Of a DNA stretch of 41,209 nucleotides, positions 30,627 to 40,942 are shown piece after piece. The DNA comes from an uncultured Anaerolineales bacterium (GTDB lineage: Bacteria; Chloroflexota; Anaerolineae; Anaerolineales; VGOW01). Where the stretch lies: positions 2,194 through 43,402 of the forward strand of contig CAYSIV010000010.1 in assembly GCA_964431175.1 (NCBI GenBank). The letters run 5' to 3'. A program made the position numbers and the translations under genes. The notes below the pieces were generated by a model, which saw only the letters and a program-made list of their open reading frames with translations, was not told the DNA's origin and ran no database searches. Within the stretch, counting starts at the first letter, position 1, and every line of letters starts with the position of its first letter.

Positions 30627-33600
30627 ATGGCGATGATGAAGCGTTCGACGTTGCGTTACTTAGGAGGCGCGGGGCTTCTGGCCACTGCCTACTTTGGCGC
30701 GGCCCAATTTGGGTTGCAGTTCTCCACCCTTTCACCCAATGTAATATCGGTGTGGCCGCCAACCGGCTTGGCTTTGGCCGCCCTGCTGTTGTTTGGCAAT
30801 CGCCTGTGGCCTGGCGTGGCTCTGGGCGCCGTTCTCGCCACAGTCTCAACCGGCGCGCCGCTTGAAATTGTGGTTGGCGTCGCAGTTGGTAACACACTCG
30901 AAGCGCTGGTGGGCGCACACCTCCTTCGGCGGGTTGGCTTTCATCACACCCTGGATCGGATTCGCGATGTCCTCTGCCTCCTGCTTTTTTCCGCCGGGTT
31001 GAGCACGACACTCAGCGCTACCATTGGCGCGGCCAGTTGGTGTCTCGCCGGCAGAATCGCGTGGTCTGAGTATGGCTCGATCTGGCCGGTGTGGTGGCTG
31101 GGCAATGCAACGGGTGCGCTGGTGGTGGCCCCGATGTTGCTCACCTGGGGATCGTCTCCTCGCCCCAGATGGCCGCTCGGAAAACTTATCGAGGTGGGGG
31201 CGCTGGTGGCTTCAGCGCTAATCCTGAGTCAAACAGCCTTTGGCCAAAGTTTTTTATCGCGCTCCGTCCTCAACCTGGCGGCTTACTTCATCTTTGCCTT
31301 GCTGATCTGGGTCGCGCTCCGGTTCGGCCCGCGTGGAACCGCGACGTTAAGTTTTATCGCCTCGAGCCTGGCCGTTGTTGGAACGGCCCGGGGTGTTGGC
31401 GCTTTTGGCCAACAGACGATTGATAACAGCCTGTTGTTTTTGTGGGCGTATGTCATTGGAGTCTCCGTAGTGTCCATGCTCCTCGCCGCCGCCGCTCGCG
31501 AGCGCATGCACGCCGTTGCCGCCCAGGCGCAATTGCTCGAGCGCCTCAAATCTCTGGAGCCGATCAGTTCGCCTCTGCCAAGCGGCGACGCGGAACCTGA
31601 CCAGGCGGTGAGCGCATTCCGGTTGGGCGCTCCCTTGCTAACAGTGGCCATGGTGGCCATCATCATCATGCTCGTCTTTGAAGTCGCCAAGGAAGTGCTG
31701 GATGTTGGGCTAGCCGAATGGCAGTCACATGCTGTCACCATTGCCTTCGTCGGCCTGGTCGCGCCGCTGGGCGCTTACCTGGCGTTGCGCCGACAGAAAA
31801 TGCTTTACCAGCAAATCATCGACGAGGTCAGTGAGCGACGCCGGGTGGAAGAAATACAAAAGCGGCTGACCGAACGCACGCACCAGCTTGAGCAGACGAC
31901 CCAAACCTTGCAGGCGCTGGTGACCGAGCGCCAACGGGCAGAAGAAGCCCTGCAACAGGAACGCGACTTCGCCCTGACGGTCATGAACGCTTTGGGACAA
32001 GGGGTCACCGTTACCGGCCCCGGCGGGCTTTATGAGTATGTGAACCCGGTTTACGCCCGCATGTTGGGCTATACGCCGGAAAATATGATTGGCATGACGC
32101 CGCAAGACATCACCGTGCCCGAAGATTTTCATATTCTGCAACAGGCCCATGCCCGGCGCAAAATGGGCGAGACGACTTCCTACGAAACCAGGTTACTGCG
32201 GGTAGATGGGAGCCTGATCCACGCCTTGACCACTGGCGTGCCGCGCTGGCATAACGACCAGGTGCTCGGCACCATTGCCGTCGTCACCGACCTCACCGAG
32301 CGCAAGCAAACGGAAGATGTTTTGCGTGAAAGCGAGGAGCAATTGCGCCAGTTTTTCGAACTGGCCCCCACTGGCAAAGCTGTCACCACCCTGGATGGGC
32401 GCTACATTCACGCCAACCGGGCCTACTGTGAACTGGTAGGCTATACCCTTGAAGAGTTGCAGACCCGGACGTTTACCGAGATCACCCACCCTGATGATGT
32501 AGATGATGATTTGTCGCTGTTTCAGCGGCCGGCTCAAGATAAATTGCCCCAATATTACCTTGAAAAACGTTACATCCGAAAAGGCGGTGATATCGTTCAT
32601 GTTCTGATTCAGACGACGCTGTTGCACGACGCCGACGGCCAGCCTAAATACATCATCGGCCAGGCGGTGGACATCACCGACCGCAAGAATGCGGAAGAGA
32701 AAATCAGGAAGCTCAACGAGGAGTTGGAACTGCGCGTGACCGAGCGCACGATGCAACTGGCCGCCGCCAACCGCGACCTGGAGAGAGAAATTGCCGAACG
32801 TCAGCGGATGCACGAACAGTTGCTTCACACGACCTCTGAATTGCAAGCAGTGTTTCAGGCCTCGCCGGATTTGTATTTCCGGCTTGACCCGGAAGGCACC
32901 TACCTCGATTATCTGGCCGGGCCAACATCGGAACTCTACGCCTCTCCGCAAACGTTCATGGGGAAAAAGATTCGCGACGTAATGCCGCCGGAAATCGCCG
33001 GCCAGCTTCACGCAGCCGTGCGGAAAGCGTACCAGACGCGGACGATGACGGCTGTGGAATACACCTTGCCAACCTCGGATGGCGCGAACTATTTTGAGGC
33101 CCGCCTATTCCCCTTTCTTGAAACGCAGGTGATCGCCATCGTCCGGGACATTACTCGGCGCAAGCAGGCCGAGGAGCGCATCCGCAAACTGAATGTGGAC
33201 CTGGAGCGCCGGGCGCAGGAATTGGAAGCGGCCAACAAGGAACTGGAAGCGTTCAGCTATTCGGTGTCTCACGATTTGCGCGCCCCTCTGCGGGCCATTG
33301 ACGGCTTCTCGCGCATCCTGCTCAAGGATTTTGCGCCGCAGGTTAGCCCGGACGCGCAACGTTACATACGTCTGGTAACCGACAATGCCAACCGCATGGG
33401 TCAATTGATCGACGACTTGCTGGCCTTCTCACGCCTGAGCCGCCAGCCGGTAAAAAAGCAACCCATTGCCCTGAGCGAGTTGGTGCAACAGACTGCCGAT
33501 GATCTGCGCCTGGATTATCAGGGCCGCCAGGTAAAATTTGTCATTGGCGACCTGCCCGCCTGCCAGGGCGACCCGCCTTTACTTAAACAGGTCATCACCA

Positions 33601-33896
33601 ATTTGTTGTCTAATGCCATCAAGTTTACGCGCCAGCGCGAAGCGGCCCGCATCGAAATCGGCTCATTTAGCAACGACGGTGAAGTCGTCTACTTTGTCAA
33701 AGACAACGGAGTGGGATTCGACATGCGCTACGCGCATAAGCTCTTTGGGGTGTTCCAGCGTCTGCATCGCAGTGAAGACTACGAAGGCACTGGCGTAGGG
33801 TTGGCTATCGTTCAGCGCATCATTCACCGGCACGGCGGGCGGGTTTGGGCCGAGGCCGGGCCGGATGAAGGCTCAACTTTCTACTTTACGATCTGA
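30627..33896 (+). CDS. MASE1 / multi-PAS sensor histidine kinase
   Basis: The N-terminus is a polytopic MASE1-like region ('VWPPTGLALAALLLFGNRLWPG'). Three PAS-like modules are separated by coiled coils. HisKA is 'FSYSVSHDLRAPLRAI', and HATPase shows 'NLLSNAIKFT', 'DNGVGFD' and 'GTGVGLAIV'. Confidence 0.9.
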   Translation: MAMMKRSTLRYLGGAGLLATAYFGAAQFGLQFSTLSPNVISVWPPTGLALAALLLFGNRLWPGVALGAVLATVSTGAPLEIVVGVAVGNTLEALVGAHLLRRVGFHHTLDRIRDVLCLLLFSAGLSTTLSATIGAASWCLAGRIAWSEYGSIWPVWWLGNATGALVVAPMLLTWGSSPRPRWPLGKLIEVGALVASALILSQTAFGQSFLSRSVLNLAAYFIFALLIWVALRFGPRGTATLSFIASSLAVVGTARGVGAFGQQTIDNSLLFLWAYVIGVSVVSMLLAAAARERMHAVAAQAQLLERLKSLEPISSPLPSGDAEPDQAVSAFRLGAPLLTVAMVAIIIMLVFEVAKEVLDVGLAEWQSHAVTIAFVGLVAPLGAYLALRRQKMLYQQIIDEVSERRRVEEIQKRLTERTHQLEQTTQTLQALVTERQRAEEALQQERDFALTVMNALGQGVTVTGPGGLYEYVNPVYARMLGYTPENMIGMTPQDITVPEDFHILQQAHARRKMGETTSYETRLLRVDGSLIHALTTGVPRWHNDQVLGTIAVVTDLTERKQTEDVLRESEEQLRQFFELAPTGKAVTTLDGRYIHANRAYCELVGYTLEELQTRTFTEITHPDDVDDDLSLFQRPAQDKLPQYYLEKRYIRKGGDIVHVLIQTTLLHDADGQPKYIIGQAVDITDRKNAEEKIRKLNEELELRVTERTMQLAAANRDLEREIAERQRMHEQLLHTTSELQAVFQASPDLYFRLDPEGTYLDYLAGPTSELYASPQTFMGKKIRDVMPPEIAGQLHAAVRKAYQTRTMTAVEYTLPTSDGANYFEARLFPFLETQVIAIVRDITRRKQAEERIRKLNVDLERRAQELEAANKELEAFSYSVSHDLRAPLRAIDGFSRILLKDFAPQVSPDAQRYIRLVTDNANRMGQLIDDLLAFSRLSRQPVKKQPIALSELVQQTADDLRLDYQGRQVKFVIGDLPACQGDPPLLKQVITNLLSNAIKFTRQREAARIEIGSFSNDGEVVYFVKDNGVGFDMRYAHKLFGVFQRLHRSEDYEGTGVGLAIVQRIIHRHGGRVWAEAGPDEGSTFYFTI

Positions 33897-33910
33897 AGTG
33901 AGAGGCGATC

Positions 33911-34357
33911 GTGTCGCAAGATGAGACGGGGATTTTGTTGGTTGAGGACAATCCTCACGACGTGGAACTGGCTTTGCACGCCCTGAAGCTAACCCACCTG
34001 GCCGAGCGGGTTGATGTGGTGCGGGATGGCGCTGAGGCGCTGGATTTTATATTTTGCGCAGGGGCTTACGCCCACCGCAATATTGGCAACGGCCCGAAGT
34101 TGATCCTGTTGGATTTGAAACTGCCCAAAATGGACGGGCTGGAAGTTCTGCAACGCATCAAATCAGATGCGCGCACCCGCCAGTTCCCGGTTGTCATGCT
34201 CACAACCTCTCGGGAAGAGCGCGACATCGCTCAGAGTTACCAACTGGGCGCGAATAGTTACATTGTCAAACCGGTGGACTTCGAAAGTTTTACCGAAGCC
34301 GTGCGGCAATTGGGCTTATACTGGTTGTCGCTCAACCACCCGCCGCAAGGAAGTTGA
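33911..34357 (+). CDS. Stand-alone receiver (CheY/Rcp1-like) response regulator
   Basis: 148 aa with a GTG start. '[13 protein letters not shown]', '[13 protein letters not shown]', 'VVMLTTS' and 'YIVKP' are present, with no output domain. Confidence 0.9.
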   Translation: MSQDETGILLVEDNPHDVELALHALKLTHLAERVDVVRDGAEALDFIFCAGAYAHRNIGNGPKLILLDLKLPKMDGLEVLQRIKSDARTRQFPVVMLTTSREERDIAQSYQLGANSYIVKPVDFESFTEAVRQLGLYWLSLNHPPQGS

Positions 34358-34412
34358 AACGGTTCGCCAATCTTCAATTCAGGGTTGGCGATCTACAATA
34401 AAATCATCGGAC

Positions 34413-37079
34413 ATGGCTGACACTTTGCGCGTTCTCATTCTGGATAACCAGCACGCCAATGGCGAGCTGGCGCTTGGCGCGCTCCGCCAGACCGGGTTTG
34501 ACCCGGATTGCCAGTATGTGGCCGACGAAGCAGGCTACCTGACCGAACTGGGTAAAGACCCGGACCTGATCATTTCGGATTGCCTCACCCCTCAGTTAGA
34601 CAACCTGCGCGCGTTGGGCCTTTTACAAGAACACAACCCCGACATTCCTTTCGTCGTTATTGCCCGGAGCGCCGACGAAGAAATGGTCGCGGATTGCTTG
34701 CGACATGGCGCGGATGACTACGTGTTGAAAAGCAATCTGGCGCGGCTGGGGGTGGCGGCGGGCCGGGCCTTGCGCGCCCGAAAATTGCGCGAGGCCAAAC
34801 ACCAGGCCGAACACGCTTTGCAGCAAAGTGAAGTCCTGTTTGACCGCATCACCCGGCACCTGGCCATCCTTAGCCAGGTAGGGCAGGAAGTGGCCGCCAG
34901 TCTGGAGTTGGAAACTGTGCTTCGTCAGCTTATCGACAAGTTGGTTCCACTGCTGGGCGCAGAAGTCTCCATTCTGTTGCTGGAAGATGAAGAACTGGTG
35001 TTCGCCGGGGTGAGCGGCGCGCGCGCCGAACGCTTGCGCGGTCAGCGCATCCCGGCAGACATTGGCATTGCCGGCGAAGTGATACAGACCGGCCATCCAG
35101 TTTGGGCGGCGGGCGGGGCAGAACTGCAGACGCTTCACCCCGGAATCGGCGACAGCAACATCCTCAGCAGCCAATCTTTTCTAGCCGTTCCGCTCAAGCT
35201 GGGCGACGAAATCATCGGCGTGATGGAAGTCATCAATCTCAAGCCGGAAGCCTTTACCAACGACGACTTGCGCCTGTTGGAAGCCGCCTCGAACTGGGCG
35301 GCTATTGCCATTGGCAACGCCCGCCGGCATGAGCACACCCGGCGGCGTTTGCAGGAAAGCGAAGCCTTCGGCGTCATCAGCCGCGCCCTGAGCAGCACCC
35401 TCGACCTCGACCAGATTCTTCAACTCATCGTCGACTCGGTTCACCAGATCATTCCCAAAGTTGAGCGCGCCGTCATTCACTTGCTGGATGAAGAGAAGCA
35501 AGCCCTGCGCCCGGCGGCGGTGGCTGGCCTGGTGGATGTGTTGGGCCGCCCCGACTTCTCCATGCGCCCTGGCGAAGGCATTGCCGGACGGGTGATTGAA
35601 GAAGGCGCGGTTATTAACGTGCGCGACACCTTCACTGACCCACGCTACCTGCGGCTCGGCGTGGCGATTCATTTGCGCTCACTGTTGGTGGCCCCGGTGC
35701 AAAGCGGCACCCGCCGCCTGGGGACGTTGAGCGCCAGCAGCGCCGCCCCCCGGACTTTTTCTACCGACGATGAACACCTCTTTACCACTCTGGGTGTTCA
35801 GGCCGCCCTGGCCATCGAAAATGCCAGGTTGTTTGAAGTGGAGCGCCGCCGCGCTGAAGAGGCCGAAGCACTGCAACGAGTGACTCAGACGCTCATCAGC
35901 CGCCTCAACCTGTCAGAGATGCTGGAAGCGGTGGTCGCCACCATCGCCTCCATCGCTAACTACAAAGGCGTAAGCATCTATCTGCTAAATAAAAACCTTC
36001 TCGTATGGCAGGCGCAAAAAGGTTATCAGGATTCGTTTCAAACGATTCGGATCGATCAGGGCATCCCTGGTCGAGTAGCACGCACCGGCCAGCCCGCGTT
36101 TGTGCCAGATGTGAGCAAAGACTCGGACTACTTCGAAGCGATACCAGGAGTGCAGTCGGTAGTCGGCGTCCCTCTCATCCGCGCCGAGCAAACCCTGGGC
36201 GTGCTCATGGTCGAATCTGGCGCCGAACGTTTGTTGGATCGCAACGATTTCAACTGGCTGATCAGCATTGGCCAGCAATTGAGCGTTGCCATTGAAAACG
36301 CGCGCCTGATCACCGATCTGGAGAGAGCTCTCAAGCAAGAGCAAGCTACGCGGGCCCAGATGGTGCAAACCGAAAAGCTGGCCGCAATGGGCCGCCTCGT
36401 CGCTTCGGTGGCCCATGAACTCAACAACCCTCTCCAAGCCATTCAAAACGCGCTCTTTCTCGTCCGGCAGGAACCGGCCCTGAGCGCTCAGGCCCACGAC
36501 GACCTGCAAGTCGCCTTCACCGAAGCCGAACGCATGGCCGACCTGATAGGCCGCCTGCGCGAAACCTATCGCCCCACCATTAATGAAGAATTCCGGCTGG
36601 AATCGGTCAATGCCCTGATCATCGAAGTGCAAAGGCTAATCAACACCCACCTGCGCCACAACCACATCAACTTTGAGTTCAACCCCAACCCGTCTCTGCC
36701 TTTTGTGCCGGCAGTCCGAGATCAACTCAAGCAAGTCATACTCAACCTGTGCCTCAACGCCGTCGAAGCCATGCCCGACGGCGGGCAACTCACCCTCAGC
36801 GCCAGCCACCTCCGATTCGAAAGCAAAGTGCTGATCACTATCACCGACACCGGCATTGGCATTGATCCAATAAACAAGGATAATATCTTTGACCCGTTCT
36901 TCACCACCAAACAGGGCGGCACCGGGTTGGGGCTGGCAATCACTTATGACATTGTGCAACGCCACAGCGGCCGCATTGAAGTAGACAGTCAACTAGGCGT
37001 GGGAACCACTTTCAAAATCAGGCTCCCCGCCGACGAAAAACCGGAGACCGGCCCGCTCAAGTCCGTCACCAGGCGTTAA
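34413..37079 (+). CDS. Hybrid sensor kinase: receiver-like domain, three GAF domains, HisKA, HATPase
   Basis: I prefer the ATG at 34413 ('MADTLRVLILDN'), because the ORF-track start at 34167 overlaps the previous gene. GAF-like starts are 'SLELETVLRQLIDKL', 'TLDLDQILQLIVDSV' and 'RLNLSEMLEAVVATI'. HisKA is 'SVAHELNNPLQAI', and HATPase shows 'GTGLGLAITYDIV'. Confidence 0.88.
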   Translation: MADTLRVLILDNQHANGELALGALRQTGFDPDCQYVADEAGYLTELGKDPDLIISDCLTPQLDNLRALGLLQEHNPDIPFVVIARSADEEMVADCLRHGADDYVLKSNLARLGVAAGRALRARKLREAKHQAEHALQQSEVLFDRITRHLAILSQVGQEVAASLELETVLRQLIDKLVPLLGAEVSILLLEDEELVFAGVSGARAERLRGQRIPADIGIAGEVIQTGHPVWAAGGAELQTLHPGIGDSNILSSQSFLAVPLKLGDEIIGVMEVINLKPEAFTNDDLRLLEAASNWAAIAIGNARRHEHTRRRLQESEAFGVISRALSSTLDLDQILQLIVDSVHQIIPKVERAVIHLLDEEKQALRPAAVAGLVDVLGRPDFSMRPGEGIAGRVIEEGAVINVRDTFTDPRYLRLGVAIHLRSLLVAPVQSGTRRLGTLSASSAAPRTFSTDDEHLFTTLGVQAALAIENARLFEVERRRAEEAEALQRVTQTLISRLNLSEMLEAVVATIASIANYKGVSIYLLNKNLLVWQAQKGYQDSFQTIRIDQGIPGRVARTGQPAFVPDVSKDSDYFEAIPGVQSVVGVPLIRAEQTLGVLMVESGAERLLDRNDFNWLISIGQQLSVAIENARLITDLERALKQEQATRAQMVQTEKLAAMGRLVASVAHELNNPLQAIQNALFLVRQEPALSAQAHDDLQVAFTEAERMADLIGRLRETYRPTINEEFRLESVNALIIEVQRLINTHLRHNHINFEFNPNPSLPFVPAVRDQLKQVILNLCLNAVEAMPDGGQLTLSASHLRFESKVLITITDTGIGIDPINKDNIFDPFFTTKQGGTGLGLAITYDIVQRHSGRIEVDSQLGVGTTFKIRLPADEKPETGPLKSVTRR

Positions 37080-37086
37080 TCACTTT

Positions 37087-37896
37087 TTGACTATGACTCT
37101 TTCAGGCAGGATTCTTATCATTGATGACGAAGCGAACCTGCGGCAAACCTTGGTCCGGGTGTTGCGGCAGGCTGGGTGTGAAGTGACCGCCGCCGCCGAC
37201 GGCCCGGAAGCTTTGCGCCTGCTTGGCGCAAGCGCTTACGATCTGGTTTACCTCGACATCCACCTGCCCGGCATGGATGGTTTGCAGGTTCTGCAGGAAA
37301 TTCATAGCCAGCACACGCATCCGCCGGTGATCCTCTTCACCGCCCACGCCTCATTGCAGTCGGCCCTGCAGGCAATGCGCCTCGGGGCAATTGACTATCT
37401 GATCAAACCCATTGACCCCGAAACTCTCATCGCCCGAACCCGGGTCGTCCTGTCCGAGCAAGCCGTCGAACGTCGGCGGCGCGAAATTCAAGAGCAGGTG
37501 ATCGCCCTCCAGGCTGAACTCCAAAGCCTGGACGCCGCCGCCCAGACCCTGCCGCTCCCCCCATCCACCACCTCCCCAACCGGCGATCGCTTCCTCAAAC
37601 GCGGCTTCTTAATTCTCGACTTGCAAGCCCGCCGCGCCACCTTTGGTGACCGGGTGCTTTCTCTGCCACCCGCGGCTTTCGACTACCTGCTGGTACTCGC
37701 TCGCCACACACCCGACACCGTCAGCTACCAAACCCTCGTCGGCGAAGCGCAAGGCTATCAAACCGACCGCCAGCAGGCGCAGGAGCTAGCCAAGTGGCAC
37801 ATTCATGAACTGCGCGAATCTATCGAACCCGACTCCAAGCATCCCCGCCATGTTCTCAACATCAGGGGAACAGGGTACCGGTTAATTTTGGATTAA
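37087..37896 (+). CDS. Response regulator with long coiled/Pro-rich linker and OmpR-type winged-helix output
   Basis: The receiver shows 'ILIIDDEANL', 'LVYLDIHLPGMDG' and 'DYLIKP'. The C-terminus runs 'LSLPPAAFDYLLVLARH' through 'IRGTGYRL'. The start is either TTG at 37087 or ATG at 37093. Confidence 0.88.
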   Translation: MTMTLSGRILIIDDEANLRQTLVRVLRQAGCEVTAAADGPEALRLLGASAYDLVYLDIHLPGMDGLQVLQEIHSQHTHPPVILFTAHASLQSALQAMRLGAIDYLIKPIDPETLIARTRVVLSEQAVERRRREIQEQVIALQAELQSLDAAAQTLPLPPSTTSPTGDRFLKRGFLILDLQARRATFGDRVLSLPPAAFDYLLVLARHTPDTVSYQTLVGEAQGYQTDRQQAQELAKWHIHELRESIEPDSKHPRHVLNIRGTGYRLILD

Positions 37897-37970
37897 CGCC
37901 CCCAACTTACTCCAACCAACCCGCCGTGACTCCAACAGTGATCGGGGCAGTTTGAGCCGATAATGAGAGC

Positions 37971-40814
37971 ATGGCTGATTCAACCCCTCCTCCCACCTCG
38001 CCTCAGGCCCGCATCCTCATTGTTGACGATCACCCCAAAACAGCCTCCATGCTGGCCCGGGTGCTCGGCCAATTCAAAACGCCGGTCGAAGTCCTCACTG
38101 CCAGCAGTGGCCAGGAAGCGCTCGACACAATTGGCAACAACGGAATCGATGTGCTCATCACTGATTTCATGATGCCCGGCATGAACGGGTTGGAACTGAT
38201 CGAAAAGCTACAGGGCGCGCACGAACCGGCGCATACCATCCTCATCACTGCTTACGATAGCCCCGGTCTGGCCGCCACCGCCCGTCGCCTTAAGGTCAAA
38301 GATTACCTGGTCAAACCCGTCCAGCCAGAAAGAATCCAATCTATCGTCAGCCAGGCATTAGAAGGGCTTCGCCCCATGCTGGCCGCTACGGCCCAGGCTT
38401 CCAGCCGCGCCCAGTTCAAAATCCTCATCGCCGACGATCGTTCCGACAACATCCAGCTTCTCGCAACCCGCCTGAGCAGTGAAGGCTACAACTTCATCAC
38501 TGCCGCCGACGGCGAAGAGACCCTGGCCCAAATCTACGCCGAACTGCCCGATCTGGTATTGCTGGACATCAACATGCCCAAGAAGGACGGGTTTGAAGTG
38601 CTGGCCGAAATGAGGACCGACCCCCGCATCGCTCATATTCCAGTCATCATCATCACCGCCGCCCGGATCGAACCGCGCGACGTGCGCCAGGGTCTCAGCC
38701 TGGGCGCGGATGACTACGTCACCAAACCCTTCGACTGGCGTGAGCTGACCGCCCGCGTCCGCTCCAAACTACGCGTCAAACTTGCCGAAGACGCCTTGCG
38801 CCGCCGCAACCGCGAACTTGGTCTTCTGCCTGAAATTGGGCAGGATCTCAGCGCTCGAATGGACATTGAGGAGCTGGCAACCGTCACCTTGCGTCGAAGC
38901 GTGCAAGCCCTCGAAGCCATCAACGGCTACATCGTCATCTTCCAGCCCGATGGCAGTGTGCTTCACCAAATGCACACTACGGTCGACTTCTCGCCGTGGA
39001 GCTGGCAGGTGGCTAAGGAAAAACTTGTCAGCGAAGGCATCGTGCCACAAGTCGTTTCTTCGCGTAAAGGCTTCCTCGTCGAAAACGCCGCCACCGACCC
39101 ATGCTGGCTCAAGATACCCAATGACCCGACTCGTTCGGCCGTAGCCGTGCCTCTTCTCAGCCGTCGCGGAGTCATCGGCGTCCTCACCCTCCACCATTCG
39201 CAGAGGGCCTATTTCACTCAGGATCATCTCACCCTCCTGCAAGCCATTGCCGGTCAAGCCGCCATTGCCATCGAGAACGCCCAGTTCTACGCCATTGAGC
39301 ACAAACGTGTGACCGAACTTGTCGCTCTCAACCGGCTCACTCGCGAGATCAGCCTCTTCACCCACTCGATGGAACTTTTTGAGCGAACCGCCGAACTGAT
39401 CCGCCAGGCGTTGGGTTACCCGGTCGTGTCGCTCTGGCTCACTGACGGCGATGCTCCGCGGTTGTGCAGTGTGGCCGGAGCCGAGACCGGCCTGCGCCCC
39501 TCACTGCTGGCCCTGGCCCCGCAACAGGTGGCCGCCACCGGCCAGCCCGCCCACTTCTCCGGCGCGGTAGAAGAACGCGCCCGGCCGCGTGAAAAATCCG
39601 GCGTGCCGCCCACCCAATCGGCAATTGCCGTCCCACTCACTTGGGATGGAAAAGTGAGCGGCGTGCTGGCCATTCACAGCATGCGGCCTCACGCCTTCCA
39701 GGAAAGTGACCGGGTAGTGTTGGAGAATCTGGCCTCGCAAATTGCTACTGCCTTCGACCGCATCAAGTTGTTTGAGTCGGTGGAACAGGAAGAACGGCGG
39801 TTGTCGGCCGTCCTCCACAGCGCCGCCGATGCCATCCTGGTCATCGACGCCGAAGGCCGCTTGCAGTTGATGAACCCGGCGAGCGAGAAACTATTCACCG
39901 ACATCAAGACCAAAATTGGCGCGTTGCTCCCGATCAACCGGGGCTACGATACGCTGATCAATATGCTTGAACGCGCCCGCCTCTCCGGCTCGCCGGAGCA
40001 AGGTGAGATCGCCTGGCCCGACAAGCGCACCTTCGCCACCCTAATCACGCCCATCGAAGAAGGCGGCCAGGTGGCGGTTTTGCACGACGTGACTCACTTC
40101 AAAGACGTGGAGCGGGTGAAGAACGAGTTTATTGCGACAGCCTCGCATGATCTCAAAGGCCCTATCACCGCCATCGTTGGCTACAATCATCTCATCGGCA
40201 AGGTCGGGCCGCTTACGCCGCAACAGGCCGAATACTTGGGCCGGGTTGATAAAGCCACCAAGCAAATGTACGAACTGGTACAGAACTTGCTGGAGATGGC
40301 CCGGATTGACCTGGGGGTAGGCCTCAAGCTAGAGCCTTGCAACTTGCGCGACTTGTTGGCCAGCGTAGCCGACGAATTCAAAGCGCAGGCGTTTCACAAA
40401 CAGCAGACACTCTCTCTTCTGCCGTTTGCAGGCCAGGCCCAGGTGGCGGGTGATGCACCGCGCCTACGGCAGGTGCTCCGCAACCTCATCGGCAACGCCG
40501 TCAAATACACGCCCAATGGCGGGCAAATCACGGTGACTGTCAAAGTTGAGGAAGCTTACCTTCGCACTACGGTCGCCGACACCGGCGTGGGCATCCCTGC
40601 CGCTGATCTGCCTTTCATCTTTGACAAGTTTTATCGGGCCAAAACCGATGACATCAACGACATTGAAGGCAACGGTCTAGGATTGGCGATTGTAAAATCC
40701 ATCGTTGAACAACACGGCGGTTCGGTTAATGTGGAAAGTGTTGTCGGCCAGGGCAGTTGCTTCAATTTTACCCTGCCGCTGGCGCATCTGCCCTGGCAGG
40801 CGGTGACGACGTAG
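37971..40814 (+). CDS. Hybrid sensor kinase: two receivers, two GAF, PAS, HisKA, HATPase
   Basis: The domain evidence is:
- Receiver 1: 'ILIVDDHPKT' and 'VLITDFMMPGMNG'.
- Receiver 2: 'ILIADDRSDN', 'VLLDINMPKKDG' and 'DYVTKPF'.
- PAS: 'AILVIDAEGRLQLMNPA'.
- HisKA: 'ATASHDLKGPITAI'.
- HATPase: 'NLIGNAVKYTP', 'DTGVGI' and 'GNGLGLAIV'. Confidence 0.9.
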   Translation: MADSTPPPTSPQARILIVDDHPKTASMLARVLGQFKTPVEVLTASSGQEALDTIGNNGIDVLITDFMMPGMNGLELIEKLQGAHEPAHTILITAYDSPGLAATARRLKVKDYLVKPVQPERIQSIVSQALEGLRPMLAATAQASSRAQFKILIADDRSDNIQLLATRLSSEGYNFITAADGEETLAQIYAELPDLVLLDINMPKKDGFEVLAEMRTDPRIAHIPVIIITAARIEPRDVRQGLSLGADDYVTKPFDWRELTARVRSKLRVKLAEDALRRRNRELGLLPEIGQDLSARMDIEELATVTLRRSVQALEAINGYIVIFQPDGSVLHQMHTTVDFSPWSWQVAKEKLVSEGIVPQVVSSRKGFLVENAATDPCWLKIPNDPTRSAVAVPLLSRRGVIGVLTLHHSQRAYFTQDHLTLLQAIAGQAAIAIENAQFYAIEHKRVTELVALNRLTREISLFTHSMELFERTAELIRQALGYPVVSLWLTDGDAPRLCSVAGAETGLRPSLLALAPQQVAATGQPAHFSGAVEERARPREKSGVPPTQSAIAVPLTWDGKVSGVLAIHSMRPHAFQESDRVVLENLASQIATAFDRIKLFESVEQEERRLSAVLHSAADAILVIDAEGRLQLMNPASEKLFTDIKTKIGALLPINRGYDTLINMLERARLSGSPEQGEIAWPDKRTFATLITPIEEGGQVAVLHDVTHFKDVERVKNEFIATASHDLKGPITAIVGYNHLIGKVGPLTPQQAEYLGRVDKATKQMYELVQNLLEMARIDLGVGLKLEPCNLRDLLASVADEFKAQAFHKQQTLSLLPFAGQAQVAGDAPRLRQVLRNLIGNAVKYTPNGGQITVTVKVEEAYLRTTVADTGVGIPAADLPFIFDKFYRAKTDDINDIEGNGLGLAIVKSIVEQHGGSVNVESVVGQGSCFNFTLPLAHLPWQAVTT

Positions 40815-40942
40815 CGCCTTCAACAAATTCGTTGCCGGGAATTTAGGTTGGGTTTATGCCTGCTTCACGGAGAATTTACTGACTTTTTGGCCCCAGGCTG
40901 ACACACTTGCCGAGCAACACGATGGAGATTGGAAAATGAAAA

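Noticed and set aside
34167-34412. The ORF-track start at 34167 for the GAF kinase (970 aa), and the extended starts at 17753 (HAD), 20968 (WecB/TagA), 21605 (wHTH), 23118 (eutA), 24999 (permease), 7189 (VOC) and 13187 (prfA).
   Set aside because: The extensions overlap upstream genes or are encoded by junction repeats, for example 'WDFGIWDFAF' and 'FNPLNPL'. Internal starts give family-typical N-termini, often with a better Shine-Dalgarno.
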